Both the position numbers and the translations under genes were made by a program. From an uncultured Rikenella sp. (GTDB lineage: Bacteria; Bacteroidota; Bacteroidia; Bacteroidales; VadinHA17), in contig CAZHAI010000001.1 in assembly GCA_964530645.1 (NCBI GenBank), positions 1 to 30,507 of the forward strand: a DNA stretch of 30,507 nt, given 5' to 3'. Below the pieces are notes generated by a model, which saw only the letters and a list, made by a program, of their open reading frames with translations, was not told where the DNA came from and ran no database searches. This document shows positions 10,301 through 19,244 of this stretch, in pieces; position 1 is the first letter of the stretch; each line of letters starts with the position of its first letter.

Positions 10301-10576
10301 GCGGCTCTGAATCAGGTCAACATAAAGCTGGATATCCTCGGAGGTCTTGCCAATGATCTCTTCTTTGCTGAAACCGGTAATATCCAGAAAAGCCTGGTTG
10401 ACCTCAATGTATTTCTGAGTTTCGAGGTTGCTCAGGGTGATCAGCTGGTTGGTGGAGTTAAAGGCCAGCTCGGGGATGTCTGCAAGATGTTTAAGAGAAG
10501 CCAGGTAAGCCGGGGATGTTTCCGATTCAGTGACTTTCTCTTTTCTCTTTTCCATCTGGGTGCCTGTTGGGTACAT
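7370..10576 (-). CDS. Cytoplasmic hybrid sensor histidine kinase/response regulator (multiple PAS, GAF, HisKA, HATPase, REC)
   Basis: PAS signatures (EVNQAFLDITGFSKEEIIGK; RINHGFTKLFGF...MNR), GAF region, SHEIRTPLN, NLLSNAMKFT, DTGIGI, GGTGLGLAIC, REC motifs ILVAEDN...LMDLHMPVMDG...KPF. No evident TM helix. Confidence 0.93.
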   Translation of the reverse strand: MYPTGTQMEKRKEKVTESETSPAYLASLKHLADIPELAFNSTNQLITLSNLETQKYIEVNQAFLDITGFSKEEIIGKTSEDIQLYVDLIQSRKYMRLLSRLKRVSDLEIKLRMRSGEERTFLFSARTFFLGEEIYLITYYNDISALNGGFARAESEKILKEIFDSMSSYSIILRREAENKHFIIEFNYRAEDVEQLDRKDMLGKEVIETPLAKSEAFLSLLDSLETSRRPHKIPVSPDGSDEAGYYIGLLLSSGDILVTWEAGKAQKERESEILKQGIVFETFAELLPEMIMEIDTQGHVTFMNTQGMMTLGFDNNDLAKGVTLSELFLADDLDRLMRELSGLTKPGQITFDEYILVNNLKRNVSVLFHAGPIIIRNRVTGYRCVLTDVSKHKEYEQKLSNEKALLEHLIDAAPEAIVLTDFDGRIMRINHGFTKLFGFETDEAMNRMIDDLVVPDELRDEAVKIDEMALSTGTGYLETLRKDKQGNRINVSLIASSVISNDRTIAFLGIYRDISREIKSRLMQEIQYNISTVALQDSDIFDIYPTIVKEIGKLWNVNNFFIALYNSEKDTLTFPFFADERDHFQETAARNTLTGWVIRNNKAVLLDEHDILKIEKTGAISLVGSPCKIWMGVPLRMDDEVIGAICLQDYKKIDAFTNEDLQVFEFIANQIVLTLQRRRMLDNLITARKRAEEAAFSKQQFMSTMSHEIRTPLNEVIGITNLLHQSNPREDQMDYINTLRFSANHLLSLVNDILDYNKMEAGKIVFEKTEFDLVSMLEDIRRSYSHRALEKGIYFALEKSPDFPVTLIGDPIRLNQILSNLLSNAMKFTSKGGVTLKASVGSRVEGKATIEFSVADTGIGIPLDKHQEIFESYAQASADTTRKYGGTGLGLAICKKLVNLQGGIIGVASEPDKGAVFTFSIEYSVPAIETKAAEQGAATDSMKGLTGKKILVAEDNRINFFVANKFLESWGVIVTHVENGALALEEIRKQQFDLILMDLHMPVMDGIEATRIIRGSSDRKISQIPIVALTAAVMSEAHDKIENLAINDYVLKPFKPKDLYDRIFKNVR

Positions 10577-10604
10577 AAATACGGGGGATAGCGGTCTGGC
10601 TGAA

Positions 10605-10612
10605 CAAATGTA
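10605..10612 (-). promoter_or_regulatory. -7 promoter element (TACATTTG) for the hybrid kinase
   Basis: caaatgta on + = exact TAnnTTTG on -, 28 nt upstream of the ATG at 10576. Confidence 0.55.
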
Positions 10613-10646
10613 GTTATATCTGCATGAGTTATAACGGAGTTCCCCG

Positions 10647-11297
10647 TCAACTTATTTTTCCCTCATGGGCCTGAAACCAGTCACACCATTTCTTCAGACC
10701 GCATTCGGCGCAGGAGGGTTTGCGTGCCGTGCAGACATACCTCCCGTGGAGGAGAAGCCAGTGATGTGCCATTGGCCTTATATCTTCCGGTATCTCACGC
10801 GTCAGCCTGAGTTCAACATCCAGGGGAGTCTTGGCTCCCGGCGTTAGCCCGAGCCGCCGGGCCACACGAAAAACATGGGTGTCAACAGCTATTACCGGGC
10901 TGTTCCATACGACGGAGGCAATAACGTTTGCCGTCTTACGCCCGACACCCGGAAGCTGTGTCAGCTCATCCCTGTCCAGCGGGATCTGTCCGTTATAGCG
11001 ACTGACAATCATCTCAGCCATCCCCTTCAGGTGTTTCGCCTTGTTGTTCGGGTAGGAACAGCTCTTAATAATTCCGAATATCTCCTCCCGGGTGGCTCCT
11101 GCCATTGATGCGGCATCAGGAAAACGGGCAAAGAGGGCAGGCGTGATCATGTTGACACGCCTGTCAGTGCACTGAGCCGAGAGGATCACTGCTACAATAA
11201 GCTGAAATGGATCGGTGTATGTCAGCTCTGTCTCTGCAACAGGCATATTCACTTCAAACCAGTCCATAATTCCGCTGTACCTGTCTCTTATCTTCAC
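10647..11297 (-). CDS. nth: Endonuclease III
   Basis: LIVAVILSAQCTD, HhH motif LPGVGRKTANV, AVDTH, and C-x6-C-x2-C-x5-C [4Fe-4S] motif; GTG start. Confidence 0.96.
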   Translation of the reverse strand: MKIRDRYSGIMDWFEVNMPVAETELTYTDPFQLIVAVILSAQCTDRRVNMITPALFARFPDAASMAGATREEIFGIIKSCSYPNNKAKHLKGMAEMIVSRYNGQIPLDRDELTQLPGVGRKTANVIASVVWNSPVIAVDTHVFRVARRLGLTPGAKTPLDVELRLTREIPEDIRPMAHHWLLLHGRYVCTARKPSCAECGLKKWCDWFQAHEGKIS

Positions 11298-11416
11298 GCT
11301 TCAATTAATGTTTGAGGAGCTGAATGTAGTATTTTTTTATTTTTTTTACCCCGAAAGGTTCACTATCTGAATAAAATCATGGTAAGTAATAGTTCTGTTT
11401 GTTATTTTTCGCCGGA

Positions 11417-12469
11417 ATGAACCAGGTAAAGATAAATACTGCAGGAGGCAGGTCGCTGGTTATCCTGGACGGCACCATGGATCATATATCCGGTTTGCTG
11501 CCTGACAGGGGCCTCTTCATAATCACTGACACCAATGTAAGCAGGCTCTATGGCCATGCATTCCCTCCCGGCGAGGTGCTTGTGATCGAAGCCGGAGAGA
11601 AGAGCAAGACGCTGGATGTGGCAGGAGACCTCTGCAGGAAGATGCTCGAAGCAGGTGCCGACCGTTCTGCGTTTATACTTGGCTTTGGCGGAGGGGTTGT
11701 CTGTGACATTGCCGGACTGACAGCCTCAATTTTCATGAGGGGCGTGAGGCATGCATTCGTCTCTACAAGCCTTCTGTCACAGGTCGATGCAAGCATTGGG
11801 GGGAAGACAGGCGTTAACCTCGGGGAATACAAGAACATGATCGGCACATTCCGTCAGCCGGAGTTTGTGCTGTGTGACCACAGTATGCTTGCCACACTGC
11901 CTGATGAGGAGTTCAGGTCAGGACTGGGGGAGTTGTATAAGCATGCAATCATACGCGACAGGAACCTCTTCCTTGACCTGTCAGCATCAGCCGGCCGCCT
12001 GGCCGAACGGGAACCGCAGATACTCGGTGATCTCATCCTCAGGGCAGTGAAGATTAAGGCTGCTGTTGTAAAGAGCGACCCGCTCGAGAAGGGTACACGA
12101 AGGATACTCAATTTCGGCCATACGTTCGGCCATGTGCTTGAGACCCACTATGCAATACCTCACGGTATCGCAATTTCACAGGGAATGATAATTGCGGCGG
12201 AATTGTCAGTATGGAAAGGGGAGTTGCCCCATGCCGGACTGAGGCTCCTGGAGATGGCGCTGGAAAAGGCCGGTCTGCTCACTCGATACCGGTTGCCGTC
12301 AAATGTGGTCAGCAGGATCTCAAGGGACAAGAAAGGCGAAGCAGACTCGGTGAATTTCGTCCTCCTGCGATCAGTGGGTAAAGCAATAGTACGCAGTTTA
12401 CCGCTTACCGAAATTCAGGCATTTGTTACTTATTACAACGAAAAGGAACTCGAAAGTCAATCACAATAA
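11417..12469 (+). CDS. aroB: 3-dehydroquinate synthase
   Basis: GEKSK, GGGVVCD, SQVDASIGGKTGVN, KNMIGTF, LNFGHTFGH, HGIA. ATG at 11417 is preferred over the TTG at 11399. Confidence 0.95.
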   Translation: MNQVKINTAGGRSLVILDGTMDHISGLLPDRGLFIITDTNVSRLYGHAFPPGEVLVIEAGEKSKTLDVAGDLCRKMLEAGADRSAFILGFGGGVVCDIAGLTASIFMRGVRHAFVSTSLLSQVDASIGGKTGVNLGEYKNMIGTFRQPEFVLCDHSMLATLPDEEFRSGLGELYKHAIIRDRNLFLDLSASAGRLAEREPQILGDLILRAVKIKAAVVKSDPLEKGTRRILNFGHTFGHVLETHYAIPHGIAISQGMIIAAELSVWKGELPHAGLRLLEMALEKAGLLTRYRLPSNVVSRISRDKKGEADSVNFVLLRSVGKAIVRSLPLTEIQAFVTYYNEKELESQSQ

Positions 12470-12477
12470 AAGGGAAC

Positions 12478-13473
12478 ATGAACACAGTTGGAAAAATATT
12501 CAGGATATCTGTTTTTGGTGAGTCACACGGACCATCAGTTGGGGTGGTAATTGACGGCTGCCCGGCAGGGCTGCCCTTCTGGAGGGAGGAACTGATGGCA
12601 GACCTGTCAAGGAGGAAGGGATTGTTGCCGGGAACCACCACCCGCAGGGAGAGCGATGAACCTGAGGTAATAAGCGGGATAATCAATGATTTCACAACAG
12701 GCGCTCCGCTTGTCCTGTGCACACGCAACAGCGATTTCCGCCCGGGTGACTACGAACAGTTCACCAGCATCCCCAGACCCGGCCACGCCGACTTCACCGC
12801 AGGTTACAAGTATAAGGGCTTCAGTGACATGAGGGGCGGAGGTCATTTCTCGGGCCGCCTGACATGGGGCATTGTTGCAGCGGGCTACTTTGCACGTAAG
12901 ATTCTTTCTCCCGCAATAATCACTGCCAGCCTTGTTGAAGCAGGAGGCGAAAAGGATACCTCTGCGGCAATTGCAAGAGCCATGGAGACCAATGACACAG
13001 TTGGCGGTGTTGTAGAGTGCGTTGTAAAGAATGTCCCCAAGGGACTTGGTGAACCCGGATTCCTGTCCGTTGAGGCAGCCCTCGGCATGATAGCCTTCGG
13101 GATACCGGCAGTAAACGGTGTTGAATTCGGGGCCGGATTTGCTTCATCAAGAAGCTACGGCTCCCTGCATAATGATCCGTTCGTTGATGCAAGAGGCAAA
13201 ACCTCGAGTAACAATGCTGGTGGTATAAACGGCGGGATTACCAACGGCAATGATCTCATAATCAGAGTTTCAGTCAAGCCGGCCGCCAGTACAGGAGTGC
13301 CTCAGAAAACTTTTGATACCGCCAGGGGAGAGATGACACAGTTGGAGATCACCGGCAGGCATGACGCCTGCATTGCCAGGCGCATACCCGTTATCCTTGA
13401 ATCGGCTGTGGCAATCGGCCTGGCAGACCTCCTGATGATGGACAGGGGGATTAACGGAATCAGGGAAAGATAG
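12478..13473 (+). CDS. aroC: Chorismate synthase
   Basis: FGESHG, RPGHAD, GGGHFSGRLT (variant of GGRSSARET), NNAGGINGGITNG, GRHDACI. Confidence 0.95.
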   Translation: MNTVGKIFRISVFGESHGPSVGVVIDGCPAGLPFWREELMADLSRRKGLLPGTTTRRESDEPEVISGIINDFTTGAPLVLCTRNSDFRPGDYEQFTSIPRPGHADFTAGYKYKGFSDMRGGGHFSGRLTWGIVAAGYFARKILSPAIITASLVEAGGEKDTSAAIARAMETNDTVGGVVECVVKNVPKGLGEPGFLSVEAALGMIAFGIPAVNGVEFGAGFASSRSYGSLHNDPFVDARGKTSSNNAGGINGGITNGNDLIIRVSVKPAASTGVPQKTFDTARGEMTQLEITGRHDACIARRIPVILESAVAIGLADLLMMDRGINGIRER

Positions 13474-13501
13474 CTTTCTTCCAGAGAACCGGGTGTTAAG
13501 T

Positions 13502-14818
13502 TCAGAGAGTCAATACGAGTATCCTGGCCGTTTGGTCACTGATCCTGTACCTGTTGTCAATCCTGTAACCCATTACCCAGATCACCCCGGTTTCAGAGAC
13601 AAGGAGCAGCACCTTTTCCTTTTCGGAAACGGGAACCTTAAGATCAATCAGGAAATCACTTATCTTCTTCATCGTCTTCATCCCCAGCGGCATGAACCTG
13701 TCTCCGGGCTCCCATGGCCTCACTGTAACGGGGAAGGTGACCAGATCCAGATCGAGTGACGCTATCAGCGGGGAGGAGGGGATTGCCTCATCCAGGGGTT
13801 CCGTCAACCGCATGTCGCTGAAGAGACCGGAAATACGCATGTCGTCGAGTGAATTGAAACGGTACTCCTCAGGGGACTGACCGTATCTGGGGGTGATTAT
13901 GATTTTCCCTCTGTCATTCAGAAGACGGTGGGTGGATGTAAACATGAACCTGCCTGTATCTGATCGCAGCAGGGCTATCACCTCCCCGGTCTGCCTGGGT
14001 GAGATCCCGTAACGCCGGAACAGTTCATAGATATGCGGGGCAACCGGAGTGAGTGATAAAAGACTTTTAATCTCAACCTCAGCATCCTCGCCCTCAGACC
14101 TGAAAAGCTCCCCGGCAAGCTTCGAGATATAGACATCAACTATCTCAGAGGAGGATTCAAGGTGTCTCATAGCGTCGGTTATGGCACCGAGCATTCCCGG
14201 GTTCACTTTCTCCAGCTCAGGCATTACTGTGTGCCTGATCCTGTTACGGGTATATTTGAGCTGCACGTTGGAACTGTCCTCCCTGTATCCGATCCTCTTC
14301 TCTGAAGCAAAAGCGGATATCTCTACCCTTGAGGCGAAAAGAAGAGGCCTGATAACGTCGCCACTATGCTGCTTCATACCGGTAAGTCCGTTCAGGCCTG
14401 TTCCTCTCAACAGGTTGATAATGAATGTTTCGACGTTGTCATTGAGGTTGTGTGCAACAGCCACGGCGTCAAATCCCTTCTGCCGCACCAGTGAGCTGAA
14501 CCAGTCATAGCGCAACTCGCGGGCTGCCATCTGGACGGAGATCTTCTTTGTGGCGGCGTAGCCCAGGGTGTCAAACCTGGTACTGAAAAATGGAATGTTG
14601 TTATTGCCGGCCCAGGATTTAACAAATTCCTCGTCACCGTCAGACTCTGTACCTCTGAGGGAAAAGTTGCAGTGGGCAATTGAGTGTTCGGTGCCTGATT
14701 CCCTGAACAGCCATGCCATCACCATGGAGTCGATCCCACCGCTGACAGCGAGGAGCACCCTGCTCCCGCTGGTGAACAATTTTTCCTGCCTTGAATATTC
14801 GAGAAACCTGCTGAGCAT
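13502..14818 (-). CDS. tilS: tRNA(Ile)-lysidine synthetase
   Basis: PP-loop AVSGGIDS, AHCNFSLRG.ESD, HNLNDNVET..INLLRGTG, RPLL, YTRNRIR; C-terminal RPWEPGDRF domain. Confidence 0.96.
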   Translation of the reverse strand: MLSRFLEYSRQEKLFTSGSRVLLAVSGGIDSMVMAWLFRESGTEHSIAHCNFSLRGTESDGDEEFVKSWAGNNNIPFFSTRFDTLGYAATKKISVQMAARELRYDWFSSLVRQKGFDAVAVAHNLNDNVETFIINLLRGTGLNGLTGMKQHSGDVIRPLLFASRVEISAFASEKRIGYREDSSNVQLKYTRNRIRHTVMPELEKVNPGMLGAITDAMRHLESSSEIVDVYISKLAGELFRSEGEDAEVEIKSLLSLTPVAPHIYELFRRYGISPRQTGEVIALLRSDTGRFMFTSTHRLLNDRGKIIITPRYGQSPEEYRFNSLDDMRISGLFSDMRLTEPLDEAIPSSPLIASLDLDLVTFPVTVRPWEPGDRFMPLGMKTMKKISDFLIDLKVPVSEKEKVLLLVSETGVIWVMGYRIDNRYRISDQTARILVLTL

Positions 14819-14834
14819 TCCGCGTTGCTTTGCA

Positions 14835-14842
14835 CAAAGTTA
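14835..14842 (-). promoter_or_regulatory. -7 promoter element (TAACTTTG) for tilS
   Basis: caaagtta on + = exact TAnnTTTG on -, 16 nt upstream of the tilS ATG. Confidence 0.55.
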
Positions 14843-14865
14843 AGCATCGCTGCCGGAAATGGCCT

Positions 14866-14881
14866 TTTTTGCCGGCAAAAA
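14866..14881. repeat. Perfect 16-bp palindrome TTTTTGCCGGCAAAAA
   Basis: Self-reverse-complementary sequence in the intergenic region between the Omp85-like gene and tilS. Confidence 0.8.
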
Positions 14882-14940
14882 TAGAATTGATCAGCAGGGT
14901 GATCTCTTTTTGCAATGCACCATCAGGGAGGAGGTTAAGG

Positions 14941-16764
14941 TCAGCGGAAGGGAGTCACCCCTGGCGGATCAGGCTCGAATCGCGGTGGCCTGAGTCGCCT
15001 GAGTCCGTCAGCAGCAAACCATGATTTTTCAGAGTACGGAGGCGAGTTGGGATACCAGGCCAGCCTTATCTGAAGGGTGTTGAGGACAAGCTGATCATTT
15101 CTGATCCTGACTCCGGCACCAAGCGCCGGGACAGTATAATATCCGCCGTCCGTGAAGTCCTCATTTAAAAGAATCCCCATGTCAGCAAAGGCAAAGAGGA
15201 CGAACCTGAATCCGGCGACCGGTTTGTGAAGAAACAAGACAGGCTCGAGTGAAAAGGCTAAACGGGTCGCACCGCTGATGGAGTCATTGCTGAATCCCCT
15301 GATTAAATCTTTATTGTTCAGATACAGGCATTCATCATAGTAACGGTTGAATCCTCTTGTATAATGAAAGTTCACAAAGGTGCGCATCTTCGATCTTCCC
15401 GCTCTGAAAAGAGGGGTGAAGTACCGCATGCTGGCCTGCACCATGCCCTGTTCAGTGTCTCCGTGGTTGTAGAAGGTTGAAAATCCTGCCCCGGCATAAA
15501 TGTACCCTAACCTGGTCAGAATGTTACCGTATGTAAGCTTTACCCCGGCGTAAGTGCGCCATTTGAACTCATTCTTTTCCCTGCCCCCGAGAAGTTCAAG
15601 CATGTAGCCGTAGGGAATATCTTCTGTTCGTCCGTAACTGTATATCAAAGAGGTATTTATGAAGCGCTGCGAAGAAACGGCGAGGCTTGCTGTGGCTATC
15701 TTGTAGTTCTGTAGCTGGTAGTATGAGAAATCATTTATCTCCGGCCTGCGGAAAACGTTGTTGTGCATGTATCTGCCGGTGATGATAAGCCTTGTGACAC
15801 TGCTTCTGTCAAGCATGAATGACCTTGCTGCCCAGAAGTCCTGCCAGGTGAACCTCAGGGGAGCCGGAACAGCCATTGTATCCAGATCCTCATTGGTGTA
15901 GGTGAGCTTCACGGAAGCAGACCATGCATACTTTGTGGAGGAGGTTATGAAATCCCTGCTGTATACCCCGCCCATGCGGGTGGTCCCGAGGCCGTCACTG
16001 AATTCAAGCTCCATATCGGAGAAGGTGCGGGCAATGTTGCGTACCGCATACCTTAGCCCGATGCCGGGTGCGGAGTACTCATTAAAATTGTATGGTGTGC
16101 TGATTTCAAGTTCATGCCCCAGCCCCGCAAAATTTCTGCTGTAAAGATTTACAGTTCCGCTCCTGATGTCACTGATCCCGACGTTCACCCCGTAGGGATA
16201 GTTTTCCCGCACAACCACTGCCACGTCAACACTGTTGCTGTCAACCGGCACAACGGTAATTGTGGCATCATCAATGAAAGGAAGTTCTCTTAAAAGCCTT
16301 TCATTGTCAGAGAGTTCCAGTGAGGAGATTGTGTCTCCCTCGCGGAAAAGGAGGCTATGGCTCAGGACGAATCGCCGCGTTTTCGTGTAGGTGGAGTTCA
16401 TCCGGGACTCCACCTTTGAGGGATTGTATTCAAGCGGGTTGTCAATGTTTGAACCAAAGGCGTTCAGTCTGATTATCTCCCTGTTCCGGATTACCTTTCC
16501 CTCGTAGGCCTGGTAGGCACTTGTACTTGTCATCTTTTCCCTTGCTGATCCCGGGGGCGGGGAAGAGACTACGATCATGTCATAGAGCAGCCTGGTAAGT
16601 TTCCGCTTTTCAGCCTTTACCTTTAGTGAATCATAGAAAGCTTTTGAAATGGTATCCGGGGGAACAGAATCCTGACTGCGGACGTCCAAACCCGCAAGAA
16701 GGAGAACCAGTGTCAGAAGAAAACAAAAAAGTGTGTGAGTTGTGCTATTTGCGCATGGCTTCAC
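14941..16764 (-). CDS. Outer-membrane protein, Omp85 (BamA/TamA)-like, with POTRA-like domain
   Basis: Signal peptide; POTRA-like segment (GKVIRNREII...LLFREGDTISSLELSDNERLLRELPFIDDA); amphipathic beta-strand-rich C-terminal half. GTG start overlaps the upstream TGA (GTGA). Confidence 0.65.
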   Translation of the reverse strand: MKPCANSTTHTLFCFLLTLVLLLAGLDVRSQDSVPPDTISKAFYDSLKVKAEKRKLTRLLYDMIVVSSPPPGSAREKMTSTSAYQAYEGKVIRNREIIRLNAFGSNIDNPLEYNPSKVESRMNSTYTKTRRFVLSHSLLFREGDTISSLELSDNERLLRELPFIDDATITVVPVDSNSVDVAVVVRENYPYGVNVGISDIRSGTVNLYSRNFAGLGHELEISTPYNFNEYSAPGIGLRYAVRNIARTFSDMELEFSDGLGTTRMGGVYSRDFITSSTKYAWSASVKLTYTNEDLDTMAVPAPLRFTWQDFWAARSFMLDRSSVTRLIITGRYMHNNVFRRPEINDFSYYQLQNYKIATASLAVSSQRFINTSLIYSYGRTEDIPYGYMLELLGGREKNEFKWRTYAGVKLTYGNILTRLGYIYAGAGFSTFYNHGDTEQGMVQASMRYFTPLFRAGRSKMRTFVNFHYTRGFNRYYDECLYLNNKDLIRGFSNDSISGATRLAFSLEPVLFLHKPVAGFRFVLFAFADMGILLNEDFTDGGYYTVPALGAGVRIRNDQLVLNTLQIRLAWYPNSPPYSEKSWFAADGLRRLRPPRFEPDPPGVTPFR

Positions 16765-17474
16765 TGTGCCTTGGAATTGTCATCCAGAATATCATCGGAG
16801 TTAAACTGGAACCCGAGTCTCTTTCCCGTGATCAGCCTCGAGTGTTGAATCTTCGACTCAGCCTGGCCTACGGAAGCAATCTTGACGGTGTCATATGGCG
16901 GAACCAGCAGATCAAATTCAAGAGAATAGTTGATGGCGGTGCACACTATCTTTCTCAGTGATTCATTGCTGAAGGCTTCATTGCCGTAGTTGGTGAAAAG
17001 CATTCCCATCTGCCTCTTTCCTTCGACAAAATATTGGTTCTCATGGTTGATGAAGATACGGGCAATAAGGTATCCGAGGTCATCAAGCCTGGAGTATTTG
17101 AATGAGTCAGCAAGAAAGTTGTAAATGTTTATTATACCGCTGTATGCGTTGAACTTGTTCTTCTGAATGTAGGCGGTCTTCCATGCAGGATGTTCCCGGT
17201 CAAACTGGAAGATATTTGAGTGCATGCTGAAGAGCAGCAGGTCGCCGGCAACCTTTATCTGTGCGTCAAAGTTGCTCCTGTCAGTGTATTCCATCCTGAT
17301 TCTGGGGTCAACGCCGGTGAGGTTGCCGTTCACTTCCCTCGCGAGGTTCTTCAGGATGTCTTTCACCATCATGAAGGCCGTACCGGTATTGTCGAAGACC
17401 TTTTGCTTTAGTACCGACTTGCCTTTCAGGGTGTCAATTATCTGTGTGGTTTTCTGCGTTATCTCATCCGCCAT
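16761..17474 (-). CDS. Conserved Bacteroidales hypothetical protein (cytoplasmic)
   Basis: 237 aa ORF, no signal peptide. Motifs MHSNIFQF, YNFLADSFKY, EGKRQ and FDLLVPPYD resemble an unnamed Bacteroidales family I recall. Confidence 0.8.
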   Translation of the reverse strand: MADEITQKTTQIIDTLKGKSVLKQKVFDNTGTAFMMVKDILKNLAREVNGNLTGVDPRIRMEYTDRSNFDAQIKVAGDLLLFSMHSNIFQFDREHPAWKTAYIQKNKFNAYSGIINIYNFLADSFKYSRLDDLGYLIARIFINHENQYFVEGKRQMGMLFTNYGNEAFSNESLRKIVCTAINYSLEFDLLVPPYDTVKIASVGQAESKIQHSRLITGKRLGFQFNSDDILDDNSKAQ

Positions 17475-17541
17475 GTCATCTCATTTACTCAACTGTCTAA
17501 AATTACAGATTTATTCAAAATAATAGCAAGTGGCAGGCATT

Positions 17542-17593
17542 AAAAACGAAATGGGCTCCGCCGCACATGATAAATCATGAGCGCGGAAGCCAT
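17542..17593 (-). terminator. Possible intrinsic terminator or stem-loop after proS
   Basis: On the - strand, an imperfect long hairpin (ATGGCTTCCGC..CATGA-ttta-TCATG..GCGGAGCCCAT) is followed by TTCGTTTTT, 16 nt after the proS stop. Confidence 0.4.
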
Positions 17594-17608
17594 GCCGGAT
17601 CATTTTTT

Positions 17609-19084
17609 TTAATAGGCTCTGGCAAATAAAACCCGTTTGTCAGAGGGCTTGCCGGTAAGGATGCATTTTCCGTCCTCCATGGGGTTGTTCAGGGGAATTG
17701 CCCTGATTGTAGCTTTTGTAAGATCCTTGATCTTCTCCTCGGTCTCTGCGGTGCCATCCCAGTGGGCCATTACGAAACCGCCCTTGTTCTCTATTATGTC
17801 TACAAATTCCTCCCAGGTATCGGCCTTGAAAGTATTGTTTTCCCTGAATTCAGCCGCTTTTCTGTAGATGTTCTTCTGGATATCTTCGAGAAGTGCCTGA
17901 ATACGTTCAACTATATTGTCGCGGCTGACAGTCTCCTTTGTGAGGTTATCCCGGCGGGCCACCTCCACTGTTCCCTCTTCAATGTCCCGGGGGCCGATTG
18001 CAAGTCTGACAGGCACTCCCTTGAGTTCGTACTCGGCAAACTTGAAGCCGGGTTTCTGTGTGTCGCGGTTGTCAAATTTTACCGAGATGCCGGCCTTCTC
18101 AAGCTTCGATTTGATGTCAAGGGCAATCTGCGAGATTGAATCGAGTTGTTCATTGCCCTTGTATATCGGGACGATTACAACCTGAATCGGTGCGAGCCTC
18201 GGAGGAAGTACCAGTCCGTTATTGTCAGCGTGAGCCATGATGAGTGCACCGATAAGCCGGGTGGTGACGCCCCATGAAGTGGCCCAGACATAGTCAAGTT
18301 TACCCTCCTGGTTGGTGAACTGAACATCGAAGGCCTTCGCGAAGTTCTGTCCCAGGAAATGGCTGGTGCCGCCCTGCAGCGCCTTGCCGTCCTGCATGAG
18401 CATCTCGATTGTGTAAGTGTCAATGGCGCCGGCGAACTTCTCACTCTCCGTCTTGACCCCTTTTATTACCGGTACACCCATGTAATTCTCCACGAAATCG
18501 GTATAGAGTTCCAGTATCCTGACGGCCTCTTCCCTTGCCTCCTCCATAGTTGCATGTGCCGTATGACCCTCCTGCCACAGAAACTCTGTAGTTCGCAGGA
18601 AGAGCCTGGTACGCATCTCCCATCTGACCACGTTGGCCCACTGGTTTATAAGGAGCGGAAGGTCACGGTATGACTGAATCCAGTTCTTGTAAGTGCTCCA
18701 GATGATCGTTTCCGAGGTGGGCCTTACAATAAGCTCCTCCTCAAGACGGGCATCGGGATCAACAACAATCCCCTTGCCGTCAGGAGAGTTCTTGAGACGG
18801 TAGTGGGTCACCACCGCACACTCCTTGGCAAATCCTTCCACATGAGCCGCCTCCCTGCTGAAAAATGACTTCGGAATAAAAAGAGGGAAATAGGCATTCA
18901 CATGGCCGGTAGCCTTGAACATCCTGTCAAGCTCCGCCTGTATCTTTTCCCATATTGCGTACCCGTAAGGCTTGATTACCATGCAACCGCGAACGGCTGA
19001 GCTCTCAGCCATATCAGCCTTGATCACCAGATCATTGTACCATTGCGAATAATTTTCCTCCCTGCTTGTAAGAAACTTGGCCAT
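17609..19084 (-). CDS. proS: Proline--tRNA ligase (archaeal/eukaryal type)
   Basis: [57 protein letters not shown], anticodon-binding domain and C-terminal C..TG domain; no INS editing domain. Confidence 0.98.
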   Translation of the reverse strand: MAKFLTSREENYSQWYNDLVIKADMAESSAVRGCMVIKPYGYAIWEKIQAELDRMFKATGHVNAYFPLFIPKSFFSREAAHVEGFAKECAVVTHYRLKNSPDGKGIVVDPDARLEEELIVRPTSETIIWSTYKNWIQSYRDLPLLINQWANVVRWEMRTRLFLRTTEFLWQEGHTAHATMEEAREEAVRILELYTDFVENYMGVPVIKGVKTESEKFAGAIDTYTIEMLMQDGKALQGGTSHFLGQNFAKAFDVQFTNQEGKLDYVWATSWGVTTRLIGALIMAHADNNGLVLPPRLAPIQVVIVPIYKGNEQLDSISQIALDIKSKLEKAGISVKFDNRDTQKPGFKFAEYELKGVPVRLAIGPRDIEEGTVEVARRDNLTKETVSRDNIVERIQALLEDIQKNIYRKAAEFRENNTFKADTWEEFVDIIENKGGFVMAHWDGTAETEEKIKDLTKATIRAIPLNNPMEDGKCILTGKPSDKRVLFARAY

Positions 19085-19211
19085 TACTCAGTTATAGTTT
19101 GTATAATTGTTTACTGTAAAAAGATCGCGTAAAAATAGATAAATCTTGTTAATCAAGAAGTGAGCCCTGCATTTATCTGTCCGCAGGAGTGCAATTGGTA
19201 CGGAATTTGTA

Positions 19212-19219
19212 TAAATTTG
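19212..19219 (+). promoter_or_regulatory. -7 promoter element (TAAATTTG) for the lipoprotein gene
   Basis: Exact TAnnTTTG match 25 nt upstream of the ATG at 19245. Confidence 0.55.
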
Positions 19220-19244
19220 GGAAGATAACCAGGAGGAGAATAAA

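Noticed and set aside
11332-11347. T7-A-T8 tract between nth and aroB as a phase-variation switch
   Set aside because: The runs are short, interrupted and typical of AT-rich Bacteroidota intergenic DNA; the flanking genes are housekeeping.
11417-13473. Split shikimate genes (aroQ about 10 kb from aroB-aroC) and the GGGHFSGRLT variant in AroC
   Set aside because: Scattered aro genes are normal in Bacteroidota, and this AroC variant is common in anaerobes; the other motifs are intact.
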